Assembly (NCBI GenBank): GCA_003344405.1
Contig: NOWV01000110.1
Coordinates: forward strand, 233,684-253,683
From: Trichoplax sp. H2
Taxonomy: Eukaryota
Length of the DNA stretch: 20,000 nucleotides
Reading direction: 5' to 3'
In this document: in pieces, positions 10,701 to 20,000 of the stretch
Position numbering within the stretch: position 1 is the first letter of the stretch
Layout of the letters: each line of letters begins with the position of its first letter
The notes under the pieces: generated by a model
What the model saw: only the letters and a program-made list of their open reading frames with translations
What the model was told of the DNA's origin: nothing
Database searches by the model: none
Position numbers and translations under genes: made by a program

Positions 10701-13293
10701 TGACCTATTGAAATCAACCCATAATCACAGTCATCTAACAGTAGTATAAATACCTCCCGCGCTGCTCGTTTCAAGGATGGGTGAGTGGGATTATCACTGT
10801 GTTGCTTCGTCCCACATTCTTAACCGAACTAATTAACCAGAAGCTAAGCAGATATACTAGAGCGGAATTACGACACATGATATTAGTTTCAATTCTTAAA
10901 TCAACTGTTTACGTACCGTTACAATTGTTTCTAAAGCGTTATAAAGATTTACGAGCTTAGATAGTAATAATAATGTTTATTTTAATATCTTAAAATCTGA
11001 GAGAAATTTTCAGTTTCACAAAATCTTATACTATTGTAGTAGTTAATTCTTAAGTTTAATGTTTATTTAAATTGTGATTATATTTTAAGTAATTAATTAA
11101 AGGATAATAGGAATGAGCGGGTTCTTGCTTGAATTATTTCTAATGAAATGCCACATTAGGATGGGATGCGCTTATTGTGATCTATATTTGTTTCTTATTT
11201 ATCTATATCACACGTTATATAATTGCAAATTACAAACCCAATCGTATAGAGCAATTAATTAGTTACATTTCTATTTAAAGGATGATTTTTCTTTTAGATT
11301 AATCTTTTTCAAAAGACATGTTATAAAGGAGCTCTATGTCTAAGCTAACGCCTACAATAGAGAATTAATGATGAGAACTAGATTTTACGACCGATAGGCT
11401 AAATATAGAAGCCTTACTGAACAGTCATTCTGGGTAATTTTTACATTCCTAGAAGGAGATGTTGTTGTGACTCAGTTTGATCTTTACGAATTTACGGAAG
11501 CCTGCGGAATTTCTGCTGAGGCAACAACAACAAATAAATTTCCTTTCTTTTCTATCGGTGGTTGAAATCGACCTTTATTAACTACAACTAACCAACTTAT
11601 TAACTCACACTCGAACCCCCTCCCCAAGATAGTAAAAGCGCCTCATTTATATACTCTAACATTGGCATGAATATGCATAACTTCTCTAACATTGCGATAA
11701 CATTCTTGAGATATCATTTTTCAGTATAACATAATTGATTAATAAATATACTTGTACCATACAACATTAATTTATCATTTACCAGTACAGCAATACAAGA
11801 TAACGGTAACAACTATGTATAGTTTAGGATATTAATCCTTAAGAACAATATTATCTAGCGATGCCAGTCTAGCTGTCGCGACAGATGTAATAGTATTTAA
11901 TTTTATACTTTAATATTGTATCTTTTTAATGGTCATAGAAACTCAGTAACTGAGTGTACTGATGGAACTCATATTGAAATTTCATATACCGATGGTTGAT
12001 TCATGATCATTTTGATAGCAGTTTTGCTACTATAAGAATTTGAGTTCTATTCCATTTTGTATACTAGGTGCAATAAATATACAGCATATCTCTCATCAGA
12101 ATAATTTAGTAATAACCATAAATAAGCATTTTAAAATTTACTAAAACGACAGGAGTGAAACATTGAAAAAAAAATATCACAGCTAAAGTGAATAAAAAGA
12201 CAAAACTTTGTTTAAGTCAGTAAACTGTTATAGAAAAATCGAAAAGAATCGTAAATAGAGCCGATTTGCACGCTCTCAACCAATCTAACTATCTAAAGTA
12301 CAATGAAATGAAATATGTAGAAATCAAGCGACACAACTTCTAAAAAACTTTGATTCTACTTTCTTGGCACTCTAGTCGACTTAACGAAACTTTGACACCA
12401 AATAATAATTGGGGAAACAACCGATCAATAATTTATTTAAAAAACGTGAGATAGACAGATCAAATAACCTTCCAAGTACTTAATTCTAAGTATTATAAGT
12501 CAAGAAATAAAAAAAAGACAGAACTGAAACTGTCAACAACCAAACAACCTAACAAAAAGTAAAACGTTTTTACTTACAACAATTCGACCCAGAAGGCCTT
12601 TAAAATTAAACAAGTCCTTCAAAAGAAATGTTCTTTACTCTCTATTCTAAATTTTCTGATTGCACTATCATTTATAGGCTTGGCTTAGCCTTCAGTGTTA
12701 TTTAAAACTAAACATTTATTAACCAATCGCTCTTAAGATTCATTTTAGAAAACTAGTTTACACTACTTAAGAAAATAAAAATCATTCAAAGTTCACACAC
12801 ATGTTACCTTATGATTCCCTTATAAAACACTATAAAACTAACAAACGAACTATAAAATACATCAAGCTTCGCTTCCAACATTATTCCTGACTATTAATAC
12901 ATTATAAAAGTCTAAAAATTAACCTTTAAGAATCAAGATTTAGTCATAAAAATAACAGTCTAACTACTTAACAATCAACACAACCTCTACCATTTGCCAT
13001 CTTATTTTCTATTTCTCATCTAAACTTTCCTAATGTAACTTTCATTACAAACGTTACGACTATTTAACAACGATCAATCATAACTCCGGTAAAATAGTCG
13101 AATTTACAATATCCATATTTTCTAGATAATATCTACTTTAATTAGCGAACTAAATTATTTACAGTTACAAACATCTATAGTATGTCATATTACTAATTAC
13201 TCTTTCCATGGATTTTTACCAAATATTGCTATTGATATAATTAAATGTGTAGAGCATTACTACGATTCTATAGAAGCTAACATTGTTACTTCT

Positions 13294-14182
13294 AACATAG
13301 TAATTAACATAGAATCATAAAGCAGATATCCTTTGTAGATAAAGACATTTTCTTGTTATTTTTTTAGAGATGCATTATTCATGTCGCTAAACTATCAGCA
13401 GCTTGCACAATATAGAGTTTTATGTTAACATCTTAACTGTATAAAATTGATTTTATTACTGCAAAGCGTAGCCTTTCTATTTGTTATTTTTAGCAATTTA
13501 TGCCTTCGCTACTGATGAATTCTATTTCGATAATCTATTGCCTCCTGCTACATAGCCTTCATTAACATAAATGGATTCCAAGATTTTACTATTATCTGTC
13601 AGTTTATACTCCACAATTAATTTANNNNNNNNNNNNNNNNNNNNAGATTAGGCATTTGCTCTATAGGGCTACTTCTATAGTAATCTATATAATACCTTGT
13701 AAAATAATGAAGAAGAAAAGATGGCGACATGATGATTTGGCAGGGTAAAACTTAAAGACACTATCACTTTCTAGGAATTTTGTGTAGTAAAATAATACTA
13801 ATTACATACTAAAAACTACAAAGGACTCTACTTTTAGTCCTTTTACTACATAAACATAGTAATTAACATAGAATCATAAAGCAGATATCCTTTGTAGATA
13901 AAGACATTTTCTTGTTATTTTTTGGAGATGCATTATTCGTGACGCTAAGCCATCAACAGCTTGCACAATATAGAGTTTTATGTTAACATCTTAACTGTAT
14001 AAAATTGATTTTATTGCTGCAAAGCGTAGCCTTTCTATTTGTTATTCTTAATAATTTATGCCTTCGCTACTGATGAATTCTATTTCGATAATCTATTGCC
14101 TCCTGCTACATAGCCTTCATTAACATAAATGGATTCCAAGATTTTGCTATTATCTGTCTGTCTATACTCCACAATTAATTTA
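13294..14182. repeat. ~330-bp direct duplication (13294-13624 and 13853-14182) straddling an assembly gap
   Basis: By-eye alignment gives about 13 substitutions and one 1-nt indel (~96% identity). Copy 1 ends exactly at the N run. Confidence 0.92.
13625..13644. other. Assembly gap (20 N)
   Basis: Run of exactly 20 N, likely a placeholder for a gap of unknown size. Confidence 0.99.
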
Positions 14183-14884
14183 TAGATCAAACTTTTCTTC
14201 AGTAAAGTTCGTCGACTTCCTTTAACATTTATGATGCATGTTGATTTTCATGAACTGATCAGTTAGTGGCCATTGACTAAATAAGCAAGAATTTAAAATA
14301 TCTAGTATCTGATATTACGCTAGCATCGCAAATGCTGCAGGATAGAGTGTTTTTAGATCGCTTATTAGAAATATGTAGCGCTTCTTCTTGCTGTAACAGA
14401 TAATTTCAGTTAAAAATGTCTCGCCTACGATAGTCACATTAAATCATACCAAATTTATTAGCAAAGGTAACAGTTTGATTACTGTAGAGCAAATGATCAA
14501 TTTGTTTAAAGGAAACTTAAGAACTTCTTACTACTTATAATATTTCACGGATTATTCAGAATTTGTATCCTGGTAATCTGTAGTTATTGCAGAGCTTGAA
14601 AAACTTAGGTTAAAATTTAATTTTACAACATAAAAATAAAAATTATTACAAAGAATATTATTAATTACGATTTCATTCTTTGCAGTAAACATGCCATACG
14701 CCTCGTACGCGTAGAACAATTGTTAGTATGTTTTTGTAGAAATCCTAATCTTGCTAGAGTAAGCTAACATCAAAACTATTCAGAACAATAACTGAAGAAC
14801 TAATCTAATATTACTGATACTTTACGCATAGATAACGTGAGTATTTATAGATTTCTGATTTAATAGACAGACAGGTTAGACGTG

Positions 14885-16250
14885 TTATTTACTACAATGA
14901 AATATATTTTTAAGTTCAGATATTACTACGGCCCTGATTTGTTTATCAAATTTTATGTAACTTAGTGGATTGAGAAAGTGTATCGATAACACGAGACCTG
15001 CTTATCAAAACATTTATTACAAACAGATAAATATTGTCAGGTGAAAAGTGAATGATAGAATGCTGATATAGCAGATATAAAGTTAATTACAAAATGGGAA
15101 AAGCTTATGAGTATATAACAGAAGGTTATATAAATTAACATTCTAATAAATTTTCTTCTCTTTGTAAAGTCTTCATTGAGCTGTTCTAATGTCCAAAAGC
15201 CAGGTCGAACATAATCCTTCAGATAAATTAAAATCCTTGCATAAGACAAGACAATCACTGTAGTTGAGATTACGTATGAAAAAACTATTAATGAATCAGA
15301 TAAACTGATTTATTAAGCCTATTTCTGGAACATTACATATTGTAGGAAAATCTGGGAAAGAAGATAAATACATTAACATTGGAGATGTTGCAGATATTGA
15401 TACTAGCCAAATGAGAATTTCAGTTATAATTAGAAATTTTCGTTTGTGATTTCGATAAAATGGCGACAACAGTCTTACAACAACAAAATAAAGATCTACA
15501 GCAACCAATGCTAAATTCATGATGGAAATTGCATGTGATGTAAATAATATCGATATACCGACAAGACATAGACTAGAATTCCCGGCGAAATCTAATGTAC
15601 CAAAGGTAAAAATATTAAATATGCTCATGGCTGTACTTGCTAAGATAGTATCTGTTACGGAGCAAAGCACCGTACTTGCTAATTAAATAGATTTTGTCAG
15701 TATTTAGCTAATGGATCATATTGGTAAGCGATAATTGAAATTAAGAATATTAATGTCTAGATTGCTAGACGACAAAAGGCATAATTGTATTTGCAATTAA
15801 TTAGTAGAGCCTATATACAGTAGATATTAATAATGGCGGCACGTTAGCACTCGCTTGAGTTCCTTATTAGATCGTGTACGAGAAAGTACTCGGCTACTCT
15901 ACTAATAAAAACTATACTAATCTTATAGAACAGTCTTATCTCTGTGTGACCGAAAGTAGTAAAGAACTACCATACAGTAGATCTCCAGGTGTAGTGGAGC
16001 AAGGCATAAGTAATCTATTAGTTTAGTGTTGTAGTTCGCAACATAAGTTTGTGACAGTATCTGATATAAATGACTTTCAAATCAAGCGATAGGTTGTCTT
16101 TTGGAATCTTTTGTCGTTAACTAGTAGTTTAAGTATGAATATATTGAATATTAATCCAGTTACGTGTGTCGGAATAAAAATTGCCGCAGCGTAGTAATAA
16201 ATCTCTTTAAAAGGCGGTGGAAATACGTTTGTCGAATTGGAGATATTTAT
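14885..16250 (-). pseudogene. Class A GPCR pseudogene, paralog 3 (closest to paralog 1)
   Basis: Colinear with paralogs from the start position (ATG changed to ATA at 16250-16248) to ...FLNPLSYIKFDKQIRAVVISELKNIFHCSK* (TAA at 14887-14885). Lesions: CGA to TGA at codon 58 (16079-16077); 404-bp insertion at 15653-16056; DRY to DLY; 1-nt deletions near 15317 and 15290; 2-nt deletion near 15066; 1-nt insertion near 15003. ORFs 15296..15670 and 15037..15258 are fragments of it. Confidence 0.95.
15653..16056 (+). mobile_element. Solo LTR-like insertion (404 bp) interrupting TM2 of the GPCR pseudogene
   Basis: Termini TGTTAC...GTGACA (5/6 inverted match). 5-bp TSD GTATC (15648-15652, 16057-16061). 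Removing the element plus one TSD copy restores TTT ATA TCA GAT ACT ATC TTA GCA, matching paralog 1 GTT ATA TCT GAT ACT ATT TCG GCA. Internal TATATA at 15812 and AATAAA at 15904 on the + strand. Confidence 0.88.
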
Positions 16251-16968
16251 TTCGTCGGTAATGAAAACAATAGGTTGAGAGATAGTTGCTATATTTGCTG
16301 ACTAGATAATACCTGGTTTGAAATAAATTTTCGAATAAAAATCTGAATGTAATTACCGAACAGAAGAGAAAAAGTATAACCAGCACCTGGACTTATCTTA
16401 GATAATTACGTATGATATAAAGAGTTGGTACTGCTACTCAATAAAGGAAAATACGTGTAATAATTAATTTACCTTATAATTCTACTATAAAGTATATCAC
16501 TTCCTGTACTGTATAATATGCTGGAATCTTTAAGCTATTCAATAGGGCTTAGAATGATAAAGGAGATAGAAGTACAGTAAAAATTAATTGTCTTTCGTCG
16601 TTATTCAACGCAACTTTTTCCGAAATTAGCAGTCGAAATAACGATTGTTGACTTTTTGTTTTATAAAAATAGCCCTTACAATTCACTGTCTTGCATATTA
16701 TTTCAGAAGCAAATTAGGTGCTATAGTACTGTATTTATATCTATAACAATATTTGGGACTTAGAAGATCTAAAACTTTAAGAAACAACTATGGACTAATA
16801 TGGCTATTAAATATTTAATCGAATATAATATTCAGCCTAGCACTAAATCTTACTTCTTCACTTAAAATTAACAACTTTTTAAGAATAAGAAATACTTGAT
16901 AATACATTTCCTATTTCGAAGGCTAAATTAGCTAAACTCACTTCGAAAACAATAAAATCCGATTATTA

Positions 16969-17223
16969 TATTTTGTTATACTGTGTAACAACGTGACAAC
17001 AATGATCATCTAGGGCTGATCATAAAATTTAGAGTGACTTTTCGTATATAGAAATAGCTTCTTCAAGTTTGCCTGGCTCACTATACACAGTATCAATGTA
17101 ATTAAGTGATTACACAATGTAAGAGTAATTGTGAATTGTGAACAAATATTGATAATTGAATATTGGGCGACTTCTTAATTAAAATAAGCAGACTTTATAT
17201 ATTTGCCTTGACAAACAATAGAC
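16969..17223 (-). pseudogene. Degenerate tetratricopeptide-repeat (TPR, kinesin-light-chain-like 42-aa type) fragment, about 2 units
   Basis: Minus-strand translation across frameshifts: VYCL/QGKYIKSAYFN/KKSPNIQLSIFVHN/HNYSYIV*SLNYIDTVYSEPGKLEEAISIYEKSL*IL*SALDDHCCHVVTQYNKI*. Resembles the pattern VYxxQGKYEEAISMYEKSLxIxxxxLGxxHPxVAxSYNNLG. Contains in-frame stops and a 7-bp TCACAAT duplication. Confidence 0.75.
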
Positions 17224-18275
17224 TAAGAAATTGGAATGGAATTTTACTGAATATTATCTAACATTGACGACTATCAAATATTGCACCTATATTAAAAATT
17301 AATCATTGATACAGGTCATAATTATTTCATAACAAAATTAAATCCGCGTAACAAAGAAAATTGTAAAACTACTCTATACAATGTATATGAACGAGGCCGG
17401 ACGGTCATTTTGCAAAATACCTTGTATAATACAATTATGGTAGATAGCACTATTTCTTAAACAGAAATACGTGTTTTATGCTTATTTTGATTCCTATCAC
17501 GACTGCAACTTAAACTAATAATCTCCTTTATTTTCGCATTACCAACGAGTAATAACAAATAACAAATTGCCAACGAGTAACTTAATGACTTATTTTTAAG
17601 ATAAGCAGAAGTCCCCCTTTTTTCTCTATAATATCTCCTTTTTATCCATTACAGTTAATACATTAATACTCTATATTTGTAGGTTAATTTAATAAAACCA
17701 CGACAACAGTAAATATGTTTTTAAACATAATCTCACGACCGTAATTATCCCTAAAATGGTAAACAATTGAACATAACCAGTAATAATCCCTAATATGGAA
17801 ATCAAAGCAAACCCTTCCAGGTTTCAACAGTTAGTATCACGGTATAGACCAACATGAAGAATTGAATGAATTAATTCAGGAAATTTACTATGTATAATAA
17901 CTTATACGCGTATATGGCGATTATAATTAGATACTGTACTTACAGTAGGGACTACTGAAGTTATAATGTGTTACAGTAAATTACTATACGAGTATGCTGT
18001 ACTGTAATAAAATTCTTATATAGGAATTGAATACAGTACAAGTTTTTGTGGCTGAAATTCTGACTAATATCGATAAGTATCGATGTAAAATGATTCATCT
18101 ATGTTAAATGCTGCCAAACGATACACAAGCTCGGCAGATACTTAGAAAATGTTAGTTTTCTAGCTGTATAACATACAAGCTAACATGGCTCTTACGAGTA
18201 GTCAAGAGCTACTGAATTCCTTAGGCTGTGGAAATTTTAAGCCCCAAATTTGTTAAGCTTATCTATCAAAGTTGA

Positions 18276-18420
18276 CTAACATTCTTCAGAAGATGTTTTA
18301 TACTGTTGAATTAGATCCATAAGCGATCTATATATTAATGGTTTATACATCAAAGTTCTTCGTCTACTTAATCCAAGAGCTCCGTATCTGCCTGAGTAAT
18401 GGATTCCTAAAACAACATGT
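18276..18420 (-). CDS. VASH: Vasohibin coding exon 6, contains catalytic His and conserved Ser-Arg; ends at donor GTTAGT (18280) or reads into TGT TAG stop (18276)
   Basis: cag|HVVLGIHYSGRYGALGLSRRRTLMYKPLIYRSLMDLIQQYKTSSEEC*. Matches VASH1 HIVLGVNFAGRYGALGMSRREDLMYKPPAFRTLSELVLDFEAAYGRC. Splice phases are consistent across all six exons (about 201 aa from Met 19403). Confidence 0.92.
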
Positions 18421-18520
18421 CTGACGTTGATAAACAGGAAAGTTAATGATTAAGTTAGTTCTTAAAATTCGTCAGTTACAAGCAGCGATTAAATCAGAAA
18501 AATTATTCGAAAAGTAATAC

Positions 18521-18598
18521 CTGTGATGATGAGAATTAAAACATGATTTAATAGATATAGGAAAGCGATCAAGGCCTTCTAAGCCACACGTAAAATAG
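18521..18598 (-). CDS. VASH: Vasohibin coding exon 5 (78 nt)
   Basis: cag|YFTCGLEGLDRFPISIKSCFNSHHH(R)|gtatta. Matches VASH1 YLTNSMPTLERFPISFKTYFSGNYFR. Confidence 0.93.
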
Positions 18599-18714
18599 CT
18601 GCAATGAAAAAACAACGTAAGATGTAGATGTTGAGATAAATAAATATACGAATAAGTACATAATATTCTCCTATCTAGCTTTATATGTGAATACTATAAA
18701 CTATTAAAACTTAC

Positions 18715-18789
18715 ATGGAAAGAATTACTGCCTCTAAGCATTTAATTGGTAGCGATTCTTTAATCATATCTTTTGCAATCTCCATCAGT
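18715..18789 (-). CDS. VASH: Vasohibin coding exon 4 (75 nt), contains the catalytic Cys
   Basis: cag|LMEIAKDMIKESLPIKCLEAVILS(I)|gtaagt. Signature LPIKCLEA, Cys codon at 18740-18738. Confidence 0.97.
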
Positions 18790-18895
18790 CTGTCAAAATG
18801 AGTAAAACATAAATCATAGCTTTGCATCCAGTTTCATTTCTTAAAATCGAAGTATGTAAATAAATTTCATCTTAAATTTAAAGTCTGATTATTAC

Positions 18896-18952
18896 CCTGA
18901 CATCGGTCTACTCTTCTTAATTTTAAAAAATTGTAAACCAGTAAAGTTGTAA
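18896..18952 (-). CDS. VASH: Vasohibin coding exon 3 (57 nt)
   Basis: tag|(H)YNFTGLQFFKIKKSRPMS(G)|gtaata. Matches VASH1 YNHTGTQFFEIKKSRPLTG. Confidence 0.95.
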
Positions 18953-19047
18953 CTATTAAAGCAAATATCATTTCGTCATGTTTAGGTCTAAGTAAGTATT
19001 AAGCTAAAGATTAGATATACTGTACGAGATGCCAACAAGATCTTTAC

Positions 19048-19136
19048 TGAAGATCAGAGATAGAATTTTGAATACAAATAATTCGCTCCTCTGTTGTCAT
19101 TCCCGGTGTAATTGTGGGTGCTATCGGGACAAGAAC
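19048..19136 (-). CDS. VASH: Vasohibin coding exon 2 (89 nt)
   Basis: cag|VLVPIAPTITPGMTTEERIICIQNSISDL(CA)|gtaaag. Matches VASH1 IPIPSVPTFQPSTPVPERLEAVQRYIRELQ. Confidence 0.9.
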
Positions 19137-19241
19137 CTGATGTATATTAATTTATATGAAATTACACTTTTCTACACGTATTAAAGCTTCACGATAGTTT
19201 TAAATCATCTTTCAAAAGGCTAAGTATATTTTAAATTCTAC

Positions 19242-19403
19242 TTTTGATAGAGATCGGTTTCCTCGGATTTGATTTTCAGCCTCTTCACCTTCTGCTGAAT
19301 GATGACGCTTGGTGTGCTTCCATAATTTGTGCCAATATTCCTGCTGTATAGTAAATGCATCGCAATTAATATAAAAATTAACGTCTTCGTCGTCACTTTC
19401 CAT
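19242..19403 (-). CDS. VASH: Vasohibin (tubulinyl-Tyr carboxypeptidase) coding exon 1
   Basis: MESDDEDVNFYINCDAFTIQQEYWHKLWKHTKRHHSAEGEEAENQIRGNRSLSK resembles human VASH1 VPFFVNRGGLPVDEATWERMWKHVAKIHPDGEKVAQRIRGATDLPK (recalled). Phase-0 donor GT at 19241. The start is uncertain: there is an in-frame ATG at 19475 and an acceptor-like TTTATTTAG ending at 19418. Confidence 0.85.
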
Positions 19404-20000
19404 CGAAAACTTATGCCCTAAATAAAGCAAAAGTGTAATATCATATCTATGACTGCTCTTACTGTGTCCAGACATGAAATTACGGTGTTTAAATTGGACA
19501 ATGAATTCTTATAGCTTATTTAATAGAAAATTAAACTACCTATCTTTCGTTATCGTAAAAGTAACATTTAGAATGATCTTATTACTATTAAATCACAGTA
19601 TTCACTTATGCAAAATTTAGGCTTTAAACATGAAGTTATTCGAGCACTTTAGTATTGAAAGGTCATGATGAAGATTTAGGCTGTTTAAAGAATTATTACA
19701 TCCGCTATTTCTTTTTGTATAACATTATTTATTTTATTTCATGATCAGAAATGGATGTTAAGTTTATGAATAAGATTTTGTTTCGAACTTTTAGAAGTAT
19801 TAACTACTACTTTAGGAATTGTTATAGTTAGTAATAAACTAAGTTATTATGATGTTATGATGATATAGTAATATGTTACAAGCAAGTATCGAGAGCAAAG
19901 GAGCTTGACAGGGCTTACTGTCGAAATAGATTTACATATGAAACTGTTTATTACCTCGAATATCCGTATTCGATAATTCAATCGTAATAACATGTTTGTT

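Noticed and set aside
11856..11870. Minus-strand ag|AC TGG CAT CGC as a candidate vasohibin exon 7 (Y-W-H-R)
   Set aside because: Immediately followed by a TAG stop, with no further similarity and a poor polypyrimidine tract.
17517..17641. Short direct repeats CCAACGAGTAA x2 and TAATATCTCCTTT x2
   Set aside because: Small local duplications with no evident structure or function.
19212..19475. 87-aa ORF as a stand-alone gene
   Set aside because: It is vasohibin exon 1 plus read-through into the intron (VEFKIYLAF).

Overview
AT-rich eukaryotic (animal) genomic DNA, not prokaryotic. The short GT-AG introns, intronless rhodopsin-like GPCRs and TPR-type repeat remnant suggest a placozoan such as Trichoplax; that assignment is inference. 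All recognisable genes are on the minus strand. (1) A tandem cluster of three paralogous single-exon class A GPCRs: one runs off the left edge (605..<1), one is intact (5129..4170), and one is a pseudogene (16250..14885). The pseudogene has a lost ATG, a nonsense codon, four frameshifts and a 404-bp TG...CA insertion with a 5-bp target-site duplication (TSD). (2) A six-exon vasohibin (VASH, tubulin tyrosine carboxypeptidase) gene at about 19403..18276, mostly missed by the ORF track. Its catalytic Cys/His/Ser are intact, but the C-terminal part of the domain was not found. (3) A decayed TPR-repeat fragment near 17.0-17.2 kb. Also present are a second solo-LTR-like element (7203..7755) and a ~330-bp duplication across a 20-N assembly gap. 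I found no clearly new biological system. The best leads are the apparently truncated and substituted vasohibin, the two solo LTRs, and the orphan GPCR birth-and-death cluster.
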